Below are positions 44,106 through 53,795 of a stretch of DNA of 64,000 nucleotides, piece after piece. The notes beneath the pieces were generated by a model. The model worked only from the letters and a program-made list of their open reading frames with translations. It was not told the DNA's origin and did no database searches. Source of the stretch: an uncultured Clostridia bacterium. GTDB lineage: Bacteria > Bacillota > Clostridia > Christensenellales > Aristaeellaceae. Both the position numbers and the translations under genes were made by a program. Position 1 is the first letter of the stretch. Each line of letters opens with the position of its first letter. The stretch covers positions 6,977 through 70,976 of the forward strand of contig CANQEW010000006.1 of the NCBI GenBank assembly GCA_947596085.1. The letters are read 5' to 3'.

Positions 44106-45605
44106 ATGATCAGTCTTGGCGTGGACATCGGCGGAACGGGCGCGAAGTGCGTGGCGTTTCGCGACGACGGCGCGCAGCTCGCGCTGAGCTACTGCGAATA
44201 CCCAAACCCGCCGGGGAAGGTAAACCTCGACGCGGAGGTATTGGCGGAGTCGGCGCTGCGCGTCATACGGGAGTGCGCGGAGGCGCTGCCGGATAAGGGC
44301 GAGGTGGCGGCGGTCACGGTGTCGTCCTTCGGCGAATCCTTCGTGCCGGTGGACGAGGACGGCAGGCCGCTGACGGATGTCATCATGTACTTCGCGGATT
44401 CGTCCTCGAAGGAATTCGACGCGGTGGTGAACCGCGTGGGCGCGGAGCGCTTCATGGAGATCGCCCGCGTCAAGCCGGATGCGTCCTACTCGCTGGCGAA
44501 GATGCTCTACACCTGCTCGCTGCCGGGCGTGAAGGCGTGGAAGTTTCTGCTGATCGCGGGCTTCATCTGCTACCGCCTGAGCGGCGTGGCGGCCACGGAC
44601 GTGTCGCTCGCCTGCCGGACGCTCCTCTACGACGTGGAGCGCAGGCATTGGTCGGAGGAGCTTCTGCGCGCCGCGGGGCTTCGCGCGGACATGATGCCCG
44701 ACGTGTATGAGACGGGCTCGGTCATCGGCGAATTGAAGCCGGATGTGGCGGCGGAACTGGGGCTTCCCGCCGGCGTGAAGGTGGTCATCGGCGCGCACGA
44801 TCAGATCGTGAACGCGCTGGCCTGCGGCGTGCGCGAGCCGGGCGACGCGATGGACGGCACCGGCACCACGGAGTGCATCGAGCCGCTGTTCGCGGACATT
44901 CCGCGAAACATGGAGTTTATATCGGAGAACTACGCCTGCGTGCCCTACGTGGACGGGCGGGGCTACGTGACCTACGCCTACAACCTCTCGGGCGGCGCGG
45001 TGGTGCGCTGGTATCGGGATCAGCTCGCGAAGCACCTGCGCGACCGGGCGAAGGCCGAGGGCGTGAGCATCTACGACATTCTCAATCGCGAATGCCCGAG
45101 CGAGCCGGGCGAATTGATGGTGCTCCCATACCTGCAGGGCCTGGGCGGCACGCCGGACATCCAGGTGAACGCGCGGGGCGCGTTCTGGGGCGTGTCGATG
45201 GACACGGACCTTCCGCAGATCTACCGGGCCATACTGGAGGGATTGAGCTTCGAAATGGCGTACAATCTGGAGAAGCTCGAATACTACGGCATCGGGCCAA
45301 AGCGATTGTACGCTTGCGGCGGCGGCGCGAAGTCCAAGGTGTGGCTGCAGGTGAAGGCCGACGTCTGGAACCGGGAGATCCTGCCCGTGGAGACGGAGGA
45401 GACCGGCGCGCTGGGCAGCGCGATTCTGGGCTTTGCCGCGGTGACGGGAGAGCGGGATCGCTGCGCGCTGGCGCGGAAATATTTGCGCATCGGCGAGCCG
45501 GTGCGCCCGATTCCCGAGCATGTGGAAATCTACCGCGGGAAGTTCCGCGAGTTCAAGCGGCTGCGCGCGCTCCTGCTGGATTTCCAGAAATCGAAGGAGG
45601 AGTAA
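44106..45605 (+). CDS. FGGY-family carbohydrate kinase
   Basis: GVDIGGTGAKCV N-terminus and the C-terminal YACGGGAKSKVWLQVKADVWNREI...GALGSAILG FGGY signature. Confidence 0.85.
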   Translation: MISLGVDIGGTGAKCVAFRDDGAQLALSYCEYPNPPGKVNLDAEVLAESALRVIRECAEALPDKGEVAAVTVSSFGESFVPVDEDGRPLTDVIMYFADSSSKEFDAVVNRVGAERFMEIARVKPDASYSLAKMLYTCSLPGVKAWKFLLIAGFICYRLSGVAATDVSLACRTLLYDVERRHWSEELLRAAGLRADMMPDVYETGSVIGELKPDVAAELGLPAGVKVVIGAHDQIVNALACGVREPGDAMDGTGTTECIEPLFADIPRNMEFISENYACVPYVDGRGYVTYAYNLSGGAVVRWYRDQLAKHLRDRAKAEGVSIYDILNRECPSEPGELMVLPYLQGLGGTPDIQVNARGAFWGVSMDTDLPQIYRAILEGLSFEMAYNLEKLEYYGIGPKRLYACGGGAKSKVWLQVKADVWNREILPVETEETGALGSAILGFAAVTGERDRCALARKYLRIGEPVRPIPEHVEIYRGKFREFKRLRALLLDFQKSKEE

Positions 45606-45609
45606 ATCA

Positions 45610-46509
45610 GTGAACACGAAGGAAGTCGTATTGAAGGCCCTGGCGTTGAAGAAGTGCATTCCGGCGTTCAACGTGCCGCATACCCCGATGGTGAAGCCCA
45701 TCGCGGAGGCGATTCGGGACGAGAACAGCGTGGCGATGATACAGGTGGCGCGCGTCGAGTGGGAGAAGATGGGCGCGATTTCGATGGAGCGCTCGGCGGA
45801 GGAGTACGCCAAGTACGCCAACGCGCATACGCTTTTGCACCTCGATCACATTCCCGTGATCGACGAGGATTTCAAGCGGGTCGATTACCTCTCGCTGATC
45901 GAGCGCGCGATTCGCGCGGGCTTCCAGTCCGTGATGATCGACGGTTCGCGCCTTCCGCTGGAGGAGAACATCGCCGTGACCGCGGAGGTGGCTGCCCGGG
46001 CGCACGCGGCGGGCATCCCCTGCGAGGCGGAGCTGGGCGCGGTGATGGGCCATGAGGCCGAGGTGCCGCCTTACGAGGAGATCTTCGCCAAGAAGATGGG
46101 CTTCACGAAGCTGGACGAGGCGACGCGTTTCGCCAAGGAGAGCGGTTGCGACTGGCTCTCCGTGGCGGTGGGCAACATCCACGGCGCGGTGGCCGAGGCC
46201 GTGCGCAATCAGAAGAAGCCCGAAGCGAAGCTGGACGTGGCGCACATCGCCGATCTTTCGAGGGTGACGGGCATCCCGCTGGTGCTGCACGGCGGCTCCG
46301 GCGTGAATCACCAGTGCCTGCTGGACGCCATCGGCGCGGGCATTGCCAAGATCAACGTGGGCACCGAGCTGCGCCAGACCTACGAGGCCGCGCTGGCCGC
46401 GTCGAACGGCGATATCGAGGCGGCGCGCGACGCGCTCTACCGCCGCACGCGCGATTACATTCACAACTATCTCTACAATGGCGATCTGATGGACGCGATT
46501 TCCAAATAA
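45610..46509 (+). CDS. Class II fructose/tagatose-bisphosphate-type aldolase family protein
   Basis: LLHLDH, MIDGS, CEAELG, VAVGNIHG and LVLHGGSG motifs of the class II FBA family. GTG start at 45610 lies 7 nt after AAGGAGGAG. Confidence 0.88.
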   Translation: MNTKEVVLKALALKKCIPAFNVPHTPMVKPIAEAIRDENSVAMIQVARVEWEKMGAISMERSAEEYAKYANAHTLLHLDHIPVIDEDFKRVDYLSLIERAIRAGFQSVMIDGSRLPLEENIAVTAEVAARAHAAGIPCEAELGAVMGHEAEVPPYEEIFAKKMGFTKLDEATRFAKESGCDWLSVAVGNIHGAVAEAVRNQKKPEAKLDVAHIADLSRVTGIPLVLHGGSGVNHQCLLDAIGAGIAKINVGTELRQTYEAALAASNGDIEAARDALYRRTRDYIHNYLYNGDLMDAISK

Positions 46510-46526
46510 ATCGCGCCGAACGAATC

Positions 46527-46563
46527 GCGCCGCGCGGCCCGGCAGGGCTGCGCGGCGCTCTTT
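46527..46563 (+). terminator. Terminator after the sugar cassette
   Basis: GCGCCGCGC-N14-GCGCGGCGC followed by TCTTTC. Confidence 0.6.
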
Positions 46564-46587
46564 CAATGTCTTTTCATAAGAAGGGGT

Positions 46588-48018
46588 TCACATCTCGGAG
46601 TCGTCCAACACGTGGGCCTTGATGAGGTTGGTGGCCACGCTCAATCCCAGCGGCACGCCGGCGGTGATCACGATCGTGTCGCCGTTTTGGGCGATGCCCT
46701 CCTTGCGGGCGACCTCTGCGGCGAGGGAGAACACGCGGTCGGTGGTGTTGATCTCCCCGGTGAGGAAGGGCAGCACGCCCCAGCTGATCGCCATCTGGCG
46801 GCGCACCTTCTCGTGCATGGTCATTGCCACCACCGGGCAGGCGGGGCGGAAGCGCACGATCATCCGGGCGGTGTGACCCGTGGCGGTGGCGGTGACGATG
46901 GCGGCGGCATCCAGATCCTTGGCCGTCAGGCAGCAGGTGTGGGTGATGGCGTCGTTGATGTTGGGGTCGGGCGTGATGCGGTTCATCTGGAAGTTCTGCC
47001 AGAAGTCGATGGAGCTCTCCGCCTCGGTGACGATGTTGTCCATGGCCCGCAGCGCCTCGAGGGGATACCTGCCGCTGGCGGTCTCGCCGGAGAGCATCAC
47101 GCAGCTCGTGCCGTCAAACACAGCGTTGGCCACGTCGGAGACCTCCGCCCGGGTGGGCCGGGGATTGCGCATCATGGAATCCAGCATTTGGGTGGCAGTG
47201 ATCACGGGCTTGCCCTGCTGCAGTCCCTTGCGGATCATCAGCTTTTGCAGATGCGGCACCTTCGCGGCGGGAATCTCCACGCCCAAGTCGCCGCGCGCCA
47301 CCATGATGCCATCCGCGGCGGCGAGGATTTCATCGATGTTGTCCACGCCCTCCTGGTTTTCAATCTTGGCGATGATGCGGATGCGCTCGCCGCCATTTTC
47401 GCGCAGGAGCTTACGGATCGCCTCCACGTCGGAGGCCTGGCGCACAAAGGAGGCGGCGATGAAGTCGAAGTCGTGCTCGATGCCGAAGCGGATGTCGCCC
47501 ACGTCCTTTTCGGTCAGCGCCGGCAGGTGGATGTGCACGCCGGGGATGTTGATCGACTTGTTGGCCGAGAGCGTTCCGCCGTTTTCCACGGTGCAGAGGA
47601 TATCCGCGCCCCGAATCTCCCGCACGCGGATGGAGATCAGGCCGTCGTCGATCAGAATCTGCTGGCCGGGGCCGACCTCCTCGTGCAGCTTCGGGTAGGT
47701 CACGGAGACGCGGCTCGCGTCGCCGGGCACGTCCTCGGCGGTCAGCGTGAAGCTGTCCCCGACGTGGAGCTCCACGGTCTTCGTCGCGAAGCCGCGAATG
47801 CGGATCTCCGGGCCCTTGGTGTCGAGGATGGTGGCGACCGCGCGGCCCATGGAGTCCCGAATGTTGGTGAACATATTTAGCCGCCGGAGCTGCTCCTCGT
47901 GGGTGCCGTGCGAGAAGTTGAAGCGCGCGGCGTTCATGCCGCCGCGAATCAGCGCGTGGATGAGGTTTGGGTCGTCCGAAGCGGGCCCCAGCGTGCAGAC
48001 GATCTTGGTTCTTCTCAT
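46588..48018 (-). CDS. pyk: Pyruvate kinase
   Basis: MRRTKIVCTLGPAS...ARFNFSHG...DTKGPEIR...MVARGDLGVEIP. GGGAGGAA RBS. Confidence 0.95.
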   Translation of the reverse strand: MRRTKIVCTLGPASDDPNLIHALIRGGMNAARFNFSHGTHEEQLRRLNMFTNIRDSMGRAVATILDTKGPEIRIRGFATKTVELHVGDSFTLTAEDVPGDASRVSVTYPKLHEEVGPGQQILIDDGLISIRVREIRGADILCTVENGGTLSANKSINIPGVHIHLPALTEKDVGDIRFGIEHDFDFIAASFVRQASDVEAIRKLLRENGGERIRIIAKIENQEGVDNIDEILAAADGIMVARGDLGVEIPAAKVPHLQKLMIRKGLQQGKPVITATQMLDSMMRNPRPTRAEVSDVANAVFDGTSCVMLSGETASGRYPLEALRAMDNIVTEAESSIDFWQNFQMNRITPDPNINDAITHTCCLTAKDLDAAAIVTATATGHTARMIVRFRPACPVVAMTMHEKVRRQMAISWGVLPFLTGEINTTDRVFSLAAEVARKEGIAQNGDTIVITAGVPLGLSVATNLIKAHVLDDSEM

Positions 48019-48085
48019 GGATGGTTCCTCCCGTTGACAGTCGATCTCTTCATCGAACCGGAATGGCTGAGCGCTTTCCTCAGGT

Positions 48086-49258
48086 CTATCCGCGGATCGC
48101 CCGCTCCAGCCGCTCGAGCGCTTCCCGCAGCGTGGCACGGGGGCAGCCCAGCACGATGCGCTGGAACTGCGCGCCGCATTCGCCGAAGATCGCGCCGGAG
48201 TCCAGCCACAGCCGGGCCTTTTGCGCGATCAGTTCCTCCAGTGCCTCGGGCGCGAACCCCAGCGCGGAGAAGTCCACCCAGGCGAGGTAGGTGCCCTCCG
48301 GCTCCACCAGCCGAAGCTCCGGCAGGCGCTCGCGCAGGAAGGCGCGCAGGTAGTCGAAGTTGCCGAGGATGTACTGGAAGCACTGCTCGAACCACTCCTC
48401 GCCCCCGGCGTAGGCGGCGCGGCAGGCAGCCTGGCCCAGCAGGTTCGGTCCGTCGGCGCCGCAGCGGCGCATCTCCGCCTCGAAGCGCGCGCGCGTCTCC
48501 GCGCCGGGAATCCAGATGTTGGAATCCTGCAGGCCGGCTAAGTTGAATGTCTTGCTGGGCGCGGTGCAGACGATCGCGCGCTCGGCCATCTCCGGCGCGG
48601 CCTTCAGGAAGATCGTATGCGGATGCCCCGGGTGGGCGAAGTCGCAGTGAATTTCGTCGGAGGCCACGTATACGCCGCGCGCGGCGCAGATGCGGCCGAT
48701 CTCGCGCAGCTCCGCCTCCGTCCAGACGCGTCCCACCGGGTTGTGCGGGCTGCACAGAATCAACAGCTTCGCGCCGCTCTCGTCCAGCGCGCGCTCAAAG
48801 CCGGCGAAGTCGATCTCGTAGCGACCATCCCGGTAGATCAGCGGATTTTCGACGATGCGGCGGCCGTTTTCGCGAACCACCCGGTAGAACGGCGCGTAGA
48901 CCGGCGGCTGGATGAGCACCGCGTTGCCGGGCTCGGTCAGCGCGCGCACCGCCATCGCCAGCGCGAACACCACGCCGGGGGTCTTGACCAACCATTCGGC
49001 CTCGGGCCGCCAGCCGTGGCGGCGCTCGAACCAGCCCGCGACGGCCTCGTAATAGCCGCCCTTCATGTCGCTGTAGCCGAATATGCCGTGCCGGATGCGC
49101 GCGGCGAGCTCATCCAGCACCGGCTGCGCTGCGGGAAAGTCCATGTCCGCCACCCACAGCGGCAGCGCGTCCTCGGGAATTCCCTGCCCAGCGGAGGGAT
49201 CAAACTTGATGCAGTCGGTGCCCCGGCGTTCGATCACCTTGTCAAAGTCGTAGCGCAT
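48086..49258 (-). CDS. MalY/PatB-type PLP-dependent C-S lyase (aminotransferase class I/II fold)
   Basis: MRYDFDKVIERRGTDCIKFD...LWVADMDF...SPHNPVGRVW...APSKTFNLAGL. Confidence 0.88.
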   Translation of the reverse strand: MRYDFDKVIERRGTDCIKFDPSAGQGIPEDALPLWVADMDFPAAQPVLDELAARIRHGIFGYSDMKGGYYEAVAGWFERRHGWRPEAEWLVKTPGVVFALAMAVRALTEPGNAVLIQPPVYAPFYRVVRENGRRIVENPLIYRDGRYEIDFAGFERALDESGAKLLILCSPHNPVGRVWTEAELREIGRICAARGVYVASDEIHCDFAHPGHPHTIFLKAAPEMAERAIVCTAPSKTFNLAGLQDSNIWIPGAETRARFEAEMRRCGADGPNLLGQAACRAAYAGGEEWFEQCFQYILGNFDYLRAFLRERLPELRLVEPEGTYLAWVDFSALGFAPEALEELIAQKARLWLDSGAIFGECGAQFQRIVLGCPRATLREALERLERAIRG

Positions 49259-49295
49259 GATGTTGCCTCCATATCGTTTGTATCGTGACGATTCA

Positions 49296-49324
49296 AGCAT
49301 ATTCCCAACGGCGGCGCTTGTCAA
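49296..49324 (-). promoter_or_regulatory. Sigma-A-type promoter for the patB-like/pyk pair
   Basis: Minus strand reads TTGACA-17 nt-TATGCT. Confidence 0.55.
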
Positions 49325-49369
49325 GCCGGGAAGCGAAAAAAGCCGGGCGAAGGCCGCGCGCGCGGCAGG

Positions 49370-49398
49370 TTGACAAATTTACACAGGCGGCGTATACT
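49370..49398 (+). promoter_or_regulatory. Sigma-A-type promoter for the DHHW-like gene
   Basis: TTGACA-17 nt-TATACT. The track ORF start at 49370 is the -35 box. Confidence 0.55.
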
Positions 49399-49453
49399 GA
49401 AACATCAGATGACCGCCCGCGAGGAGCGGCCCGCCGAAGGGGTATACTGCTTT

Positions 49454-50695
49454 ATGGAGACGGACAAGCAAAACAAGCTGCAATTCCGCATCGACATCGT
49501 GTTGACGGTGCTCTTCATCGCCATGATCTTCTTCTTTCCGATCACCACCGCCATCTTCAAGGACGGTCTGATCGGCCGCGCCTTCTACATGCGCTACATC
49601 AGCCAGTATCTGGAGGACTCCGACGATTACACGCCCTTCGAGCTGGTGGAGGCGGCCATACACTCCTGGGACAACTTCATTTCCACGAATCTCTACGGCA
49701 CGGAGACGCTGGGAAAGATCAGCTCCACGTTCCAGTACGCGCTGGGCAAGAAGCTGGTGAGTTCGGGCAACACGCAGATGATCCGCCTGAACACCGGCCA
49801 CCTGTACGATTTGCAGAGCGAGATGTCCATGGACTCCGCGCGGGACGACATCATCTCCATGCGCGCCATCGTGCCGGAGGACACGCCGTTTCTGTTCGTA
49901 TACGAGCATCCGACCATCTACGACTACGACGCCCAAATGCCCAAGGGTTACGAATTTCTGGATTTCAGCCGGCAGGAGGCCGACGAGATCGTGGGCATGC
50001 TGCGCGAAGCGGGCGTGGACGTGATGGACAGCCGCGACGTGCTGCCTGCCACGGGGTTGCCGCTCGAGGACTACCTGATGTACACCGACCAGCACTGGGC
50101 GACCAGCGCGGCCATCCTCATGGCGCAGGCGATTTCCGAGCGTGCGGAGGAGGTTACGGGCGTGGATTTGCCTTCGGAACGGCTGGATCTGGATCAGTTC
50201 GAGACGACGGTATATCCGAAGCTGTTCATGGGCAAGTACGGCCAGCGCGTGGGCACGCTGGTGATCGATCCGGACGACATCGTCACCTACAAGCCGAAGT
50301 ATGATACGAACATTCACTTCCAATCGAGCCGCAAGACCATCGTCACCGATGTTGAGGGCCCGTTCGATGAGGTGGCGCTGCGCCGGGAGGTGTTGGAGCC
50401 CGAGCCCGGCAAGAGCTGGAACATGCGCGCCTACATGGACTACGGCCTGACCGAAGAGTACGACGTGCTGACCAACGAGGACGGGGCGGACTGCACAATC
50501 CTGCTGCTCAAGGATTCGTACAGCGCGCCGATCGGGCGCTTCCTGTCGCTGGTGGCGGACGAGGTGTACTCGGTGGACATGCGTCAGTACGCGGTCGGCA
50601 CGCTGGACGACTGGGTGAAGAAGTACGACCCGGACATTGTGGTGGTGGCCTACAGCCTGCAGATGCTCCGAGACGAGATGTATGAGTTCGAATAG
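49454..50695 (+). CDS. DHHW/AlgJ-like membrane-anchored protein (putative glycan O-acetylation accessory protein)
   Basis: N-terminal TM helix IVLTVLFIAMIFFFPI. YTDQHWATSAA resembles the family-defining DHHW motif. KDSYS occurs later. The start was chosen downstream of the predicted promoter. The family call is from memory. Confidence 0.55.
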   Translation: METDKQNKLQFRIDIVLTVLFIAMIFFFPITTAIFKDGLIGRAFYMRYISQYLEDSDDYTPFELVEAAIHSWDNFISTNLYGTETLGKISSTFQYALGKKLVSSGNTQMIRLNTGHLYDLQSEMSMDSARDDIISMRAIVPEDTPFLFVYEHPTIYDYDAQMPKGYEFLDFSRQEADEIVGMLREAGVDVMDSRDVLPATGLPLEDYLMYTDQHWATSAAILMAQAISERAEEVTGVDLPSERLDLDQFETTVYPKLFMGKYGQRVGTLVIDPDDIVTYKPKYDTNIHFQSSRKTIVTDVEGPFDEVALRREVLEPEPGKSWNMRAYMDYGLTEEYDVLTNEDGADCTILLLKDSYSAPIGRFLSLVADEVYSVDMRQYAVGTLDDWVKKYDPDIVVVAYSLQMLRDEMYEFE

Positions 50696-50709
50696 AGGAA
50701 GCGCAAGGT

Positions 50710-50743
50710 GAAGCGCCCGTGGCACGATCGCCGCGGGCGCTTC
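50710..50743. terminator. Bidirectional terminator
   Basis: GAAGCGCCCG...CGGGCGCTTC, extendable to about 14 bp, followed by AATTTGT. Confidence 0.7.
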
Positions 50744-50756
50744 AATTTGTATAAGC

Positions 50757-51578
50757 TCAGCTCTGGAATTCGCCGATGCCGGACACCTCGGCGGGGCCGG
50801 TCATGTAGATGTGGCCGTCGTCCCGCCACTCATTGTGCAGCGTGCCGCCGGGAAGGAGCACGTCCGCGCGCCGGTTCAGCAGCCCCATCTCCGCGCCCGC
50901 CGCCAGCACCGCGCAGGAGCCGGTGCCGCAGGCCAGCGTCGGGCCCGCGCCGCGCTCCCAGACCGCCACCGTCACGGAATCCGGCCCGTCCAGTTGGCAG
51001 AATTCGATATTCGCCTTCGCCGGAAACAGCGGATGGTGTTCCAGCTCTGGGCCAAGGCGCACGAAGTCCTTGCGCTCGGGAAAGATGTCGAAGGTCACGG
51101 CGTGGGGATTGCCCATGGACACGCAGAAGAACTCCACCACGCGCTCGTCGAGCGGGATGCGCACGCGGTTCGTCTCCGCCGCCACGGGAATGTGTTCGGG
51201 CCGGAACTCCGGCGCCCCCATGTCCACGGTCGCGGCCACGGCGACGCCGCTCTCGATCCGCAGGCGGATGGGCTTCACGCCCGAGAGCGTGTCGATGGTC
51301 ATGTCATCCTTTTTGCAGATGTTGTTGTCGTAGAGGTACTTCGCCACGCAGCGGATGCCGTTGCCGCACATTTCGGCTTCGGAGCCGTCGCTGTTGTAGA
51401 TGCGCATCGACGCGTCCGCGCAGTCGCTGGCGCCGATCAAAATCAGCCCGTCCGCGCCGAAGGCGAAGCGCCGCTCGCAGACGCGAATGGCGAGATCGGC
51501 GGGATCGTGAATGGCGTTGTGGATGGCGTCGACCACGATGAAATCGTTGCCGAGGCCGTGCATCTTCGTAAAGCGCAT
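50757..51578 (-). CDS. dapF: Diaminopimelate epimerase
   Basis: MRFTKMHGLGNDFIVVD..., MCGNGIRC and ACGTGSCA (the two catalytic Cys motifs). Confidence 0.95.
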   Translation of the reverse strand: MRFTKMHGLGNDFIVVDAIHNAIHDPADLAIRVCERRFAFGADGLILIGASDCADASMRIYNSDGSEAEMCGNGIRCVAKYLYDNNICKKDDMTIDTLSGVKPIRLRIESGVAVAATVDMGAPEFRPEHIPVAAETNRVRIPLDERVVEFFCVSMGNPHAVTFDIFPERKDFVRLGPELEHHPLFPAKANIEFCQLDGPDSVTVAVWERGAGPTLACGTGSCAVLAAGAEMGLLNRRADVLLPGGTLHNEWRDDGHIYMTGPAEVSGIGEFQS

Positions 51579-51588
51579 GGGAACCTCC

Positions 51589-52800
51589 TTACGCGTCGGA
51601 TCGCGATGTCAGCAAATGATAGAGAACCTCGGTCATCGCGTCCATATCCTGAACGGCGATGCACTCGAAGCGGCCGTGAGCGTTCATGCCACCGGTGGCG
51701 AGATTCGGGCAGGGCAGGCCCATGAAGGACAGCCGCGCGCCGTCGGTGCCGCCACGGATGGGCGTGGCGAAGGGCTCGATGCCTGTGGCCCGGTAGGCCG
51801 CCTCCGCCCGCCGCAAGACATGCGGATACTTCTCCATGATCTCGCGCATGTTGTAGTAGCTGTCCTTCATCCGGCACACCGCGCTATCGGGGCTGTACTT
51901 TTCGTTGATTGCTTCGGCGGCGCGAAACATGGTTTGCTTGCGCTCCTCGAACTTTGAACGGTCATGATCGCGCAGAATGTAGAGGGAGCGGGCATGCTCC
52001 GTCTCGCCCGAGACCGAGCAGAGGTGATAGAATCCCTCGTAGCCATCCGTGTGTTCCGGACGCTCGGCAGCGGGGAGCAGAGAATCGAACTCCATCGCCA
52101 GCAGCGCGGCGTTGATCAGCTTGCCCTTGGCGCTGCCTGGGTGTACGCTGCGGCCATGGAACTCGACGACCGCCGAGGCGGCGTTGAAGTTTTCGTACTC
52201 GATGCTGCCCACCTCGTCGCCGTCCACGGTGTAGGCGAAATCCGCACCGAAGCCCGCGACGTCGAAATGATCCGTTCCCCGGCCGATCTCTTCGTCCGGC
52301 GTAAAGCCGACGCACACCTTTCCGTGGGGCGCGCCGCTGGCGAGCAGCCGCTCGCAGGCGGTCAGAATCTCGGCGATTCCGGCCTTGTCGTCAGCGCCCA
52401 GCAGCGCGTTGCCGTCGGTGACGATCAGATCCTTGCCCGTGCGGCGCGCGAGCTCGGGGAAGTCCGCCGGATCAAGCTGGTCGCCGCTTTCCAGGCGAAC
52501 CATTTTGCCATCGTAGTTTTCAACAATCCGCACATGTATGGGAACGGCGGGAACATCATCCACGGTGTCCATGTGCGCAATCAGGCCGATGGCGGGGAAG
52601 CCCTCCGCCGTGGCGGGGATGGAGCCGTAGACGTAGCCAAATTCGTCCATCCGCGCGTCGTGGATGCCCATGTCGAGCATCTCCCGAACCAGCGTCCGGC
52701 CGAGGACAAGCTGACCGGGGGTGCTGGGACAGGTTCCGCGCGCCTCGTTGGAGGCGGTATCAAATTGAATATAGCGCAAAAAGCGCTCGTGCGCGCGCAA
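51589..52800 (-). CDS. pepT: Peptidase T (tripeptide aminopeptidase, M20B)
   Basis: (M)RAHERFLRYIQFDTASN...IAHMDTV...GADDKAGIAEI...PDEEIG...GGTDG. The TTG start at 52800 lies 6 nt after GGAGGA. The upstream 231 codons of the 634-aa track ORF overlap glcK and are shadow. Confidence 0.9.
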   Translation of the reverse strand: MRAHERFLRYIQFDTASNEARGTCPSTPGQLVLGRTLVREMLDMGIHDARMDEFGYVYGSIPATAEGFPAIGLIAHMDTVDDVPAVPIHVRIVENYDGKMVRLESGDQLDPADFPELARRTGKDLIVTDGNALLGADDKAGIAEILTACERLLASGAPHGKVCVGFTPDEEIGRGTDHFDVAGFGADFAYTVDGDEVGSIEYENFNAASAVVEFHGRSVHPGSAKGKLINAALLAMEFDSLLPAAERPEHTDGYEGFYHLCSVSGETEHARSLYILRDHDRSKFEERKQTMFRAAEAINEKYSPDSAVCRMKDSYYNMREIMEKYPHVLRRAEAAYRATGIEPFATPIRGGTDGARLSFMGLPCPNLATGGMNAHGRFECIAVQDMDAMTEVLYHLLTSRSDA

Positions 52801-52802
52801 GG

Positions 52803-53756
52803 TCAATCCTCCTGCCGGCCCAACATGGCCGCGCCGATGATGCCCGCGTCGTTGCCGAGTTTCGCCAGCTCCACGCGCGCGTAGGGCATGGCCTTGTAGA
52901 ACACCAGCTTCGGAAGCAGCGCGTTCACCTTGTCCAACAGGAACGCGCCTGCGTGGGATACGCCGCCGCCCAGCACGATGATCTCCGGATCGTAGAGGTT
53001 GATGAGATTGACCAGGCCCACGCAGAGGTGGTGGATGTAGTTGTCGAAGATCTCCGAGCAGTGGGGATCGCCCTGCTTGGCCAGGTCGATCACGGTGCGC
53101 GCCTCGATCTTGGCCAGATCGCCGTCCACCGCGGAGGCGAGCGCGCCGTTGGGCTGGGACATGGCGAGGCGGCGTCCCTCCCGGATCAGCGCGGAAGCGC
53201 TGGCGTAGCGCTCCCAGCAGCCGCGGTTGCCGCAGGTGCAGAGCTCGCCGCCGGCCACGGTGATCATGTGGCCGATCTCGGTGGCGACGCCGTGGGGGCC
53301 GACGAACACCTTGCCGTCGAGCACCACGCCGCCGCCCACGCCGGTGCCCAGCGTGACGAACACGGAGCTTCGCACGCCGGAGCTCACGCCCGCGATGGAT
53401 TCGGCCAAGCCCGCGGCGGTGGCGTCGTTGGTCACGTAGACGGGCTTGTCGATCTCCTTCTGCATCAGTTCCACCAGCGGAACATCGTGCCAACCAAGGT
53501 TGGTGCAGAAGGGCACGCGCCCGGTGCGCGGGTCCTGAATGCCGGGAATGCCGATGCCGACGGAGCAGATCTCGTTGAGCGCGTGGCCGCTGCCGCCCAG
53601 CACGCTCAATGCGAGCTGCGCCATGTCGTGAATCACGGCCTCGTGACCGCGCTCGATGCCGGTGGGGCAGCTGGACTTGCAGAGTATGTTGCCGCTTTCG
53701 TCGACGACGCCCGCCTTCGCGGTGGTGCCGCCCACGTCGATTCCGATGTAAAGCAT
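52803..53756 (-). CDS. glcK: ROK-family glucokinase
   Basis: MLYIGIDVGGTTAKAG..., GTGVGGGVV and HMITVAGGELCTCGNRGCWERY (ROK zinc motif). Sugar specificity is inferred. Confidence 0.85.
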   Translation of the reverse strand: MLYIGIDVGGTTAKAGVVDESGNILCKSSCPTGIERGHEAVIHDMAQLALSVLGGSGHALNEICSVGIGIPGIQDPRTGRVPFCTNLGWHDVPLVELMQKEIDKPVYVTNDATAAGLAESIAGVSSGVRSSVFVTLGTGVGGGVVLDGKVFVGPHGVATEIGHMITVAGGELCTCGNRGCWERYASASALIREGRRLAMSQPNGALASAVDGDLAKIEARTVIDLAKQGDPHCSEIFDNYIHHLCVGLVNLINLYDPEIIVLGGGVSHAGAFLLDKVNALLPKLVFYKAMPYARVELAKLGNDAGIIGAAMLGRQED

Positions 53757-53795
53757 ATCCGTTTCCTCCGAAGTAGTTTTATATATAGATTTACA

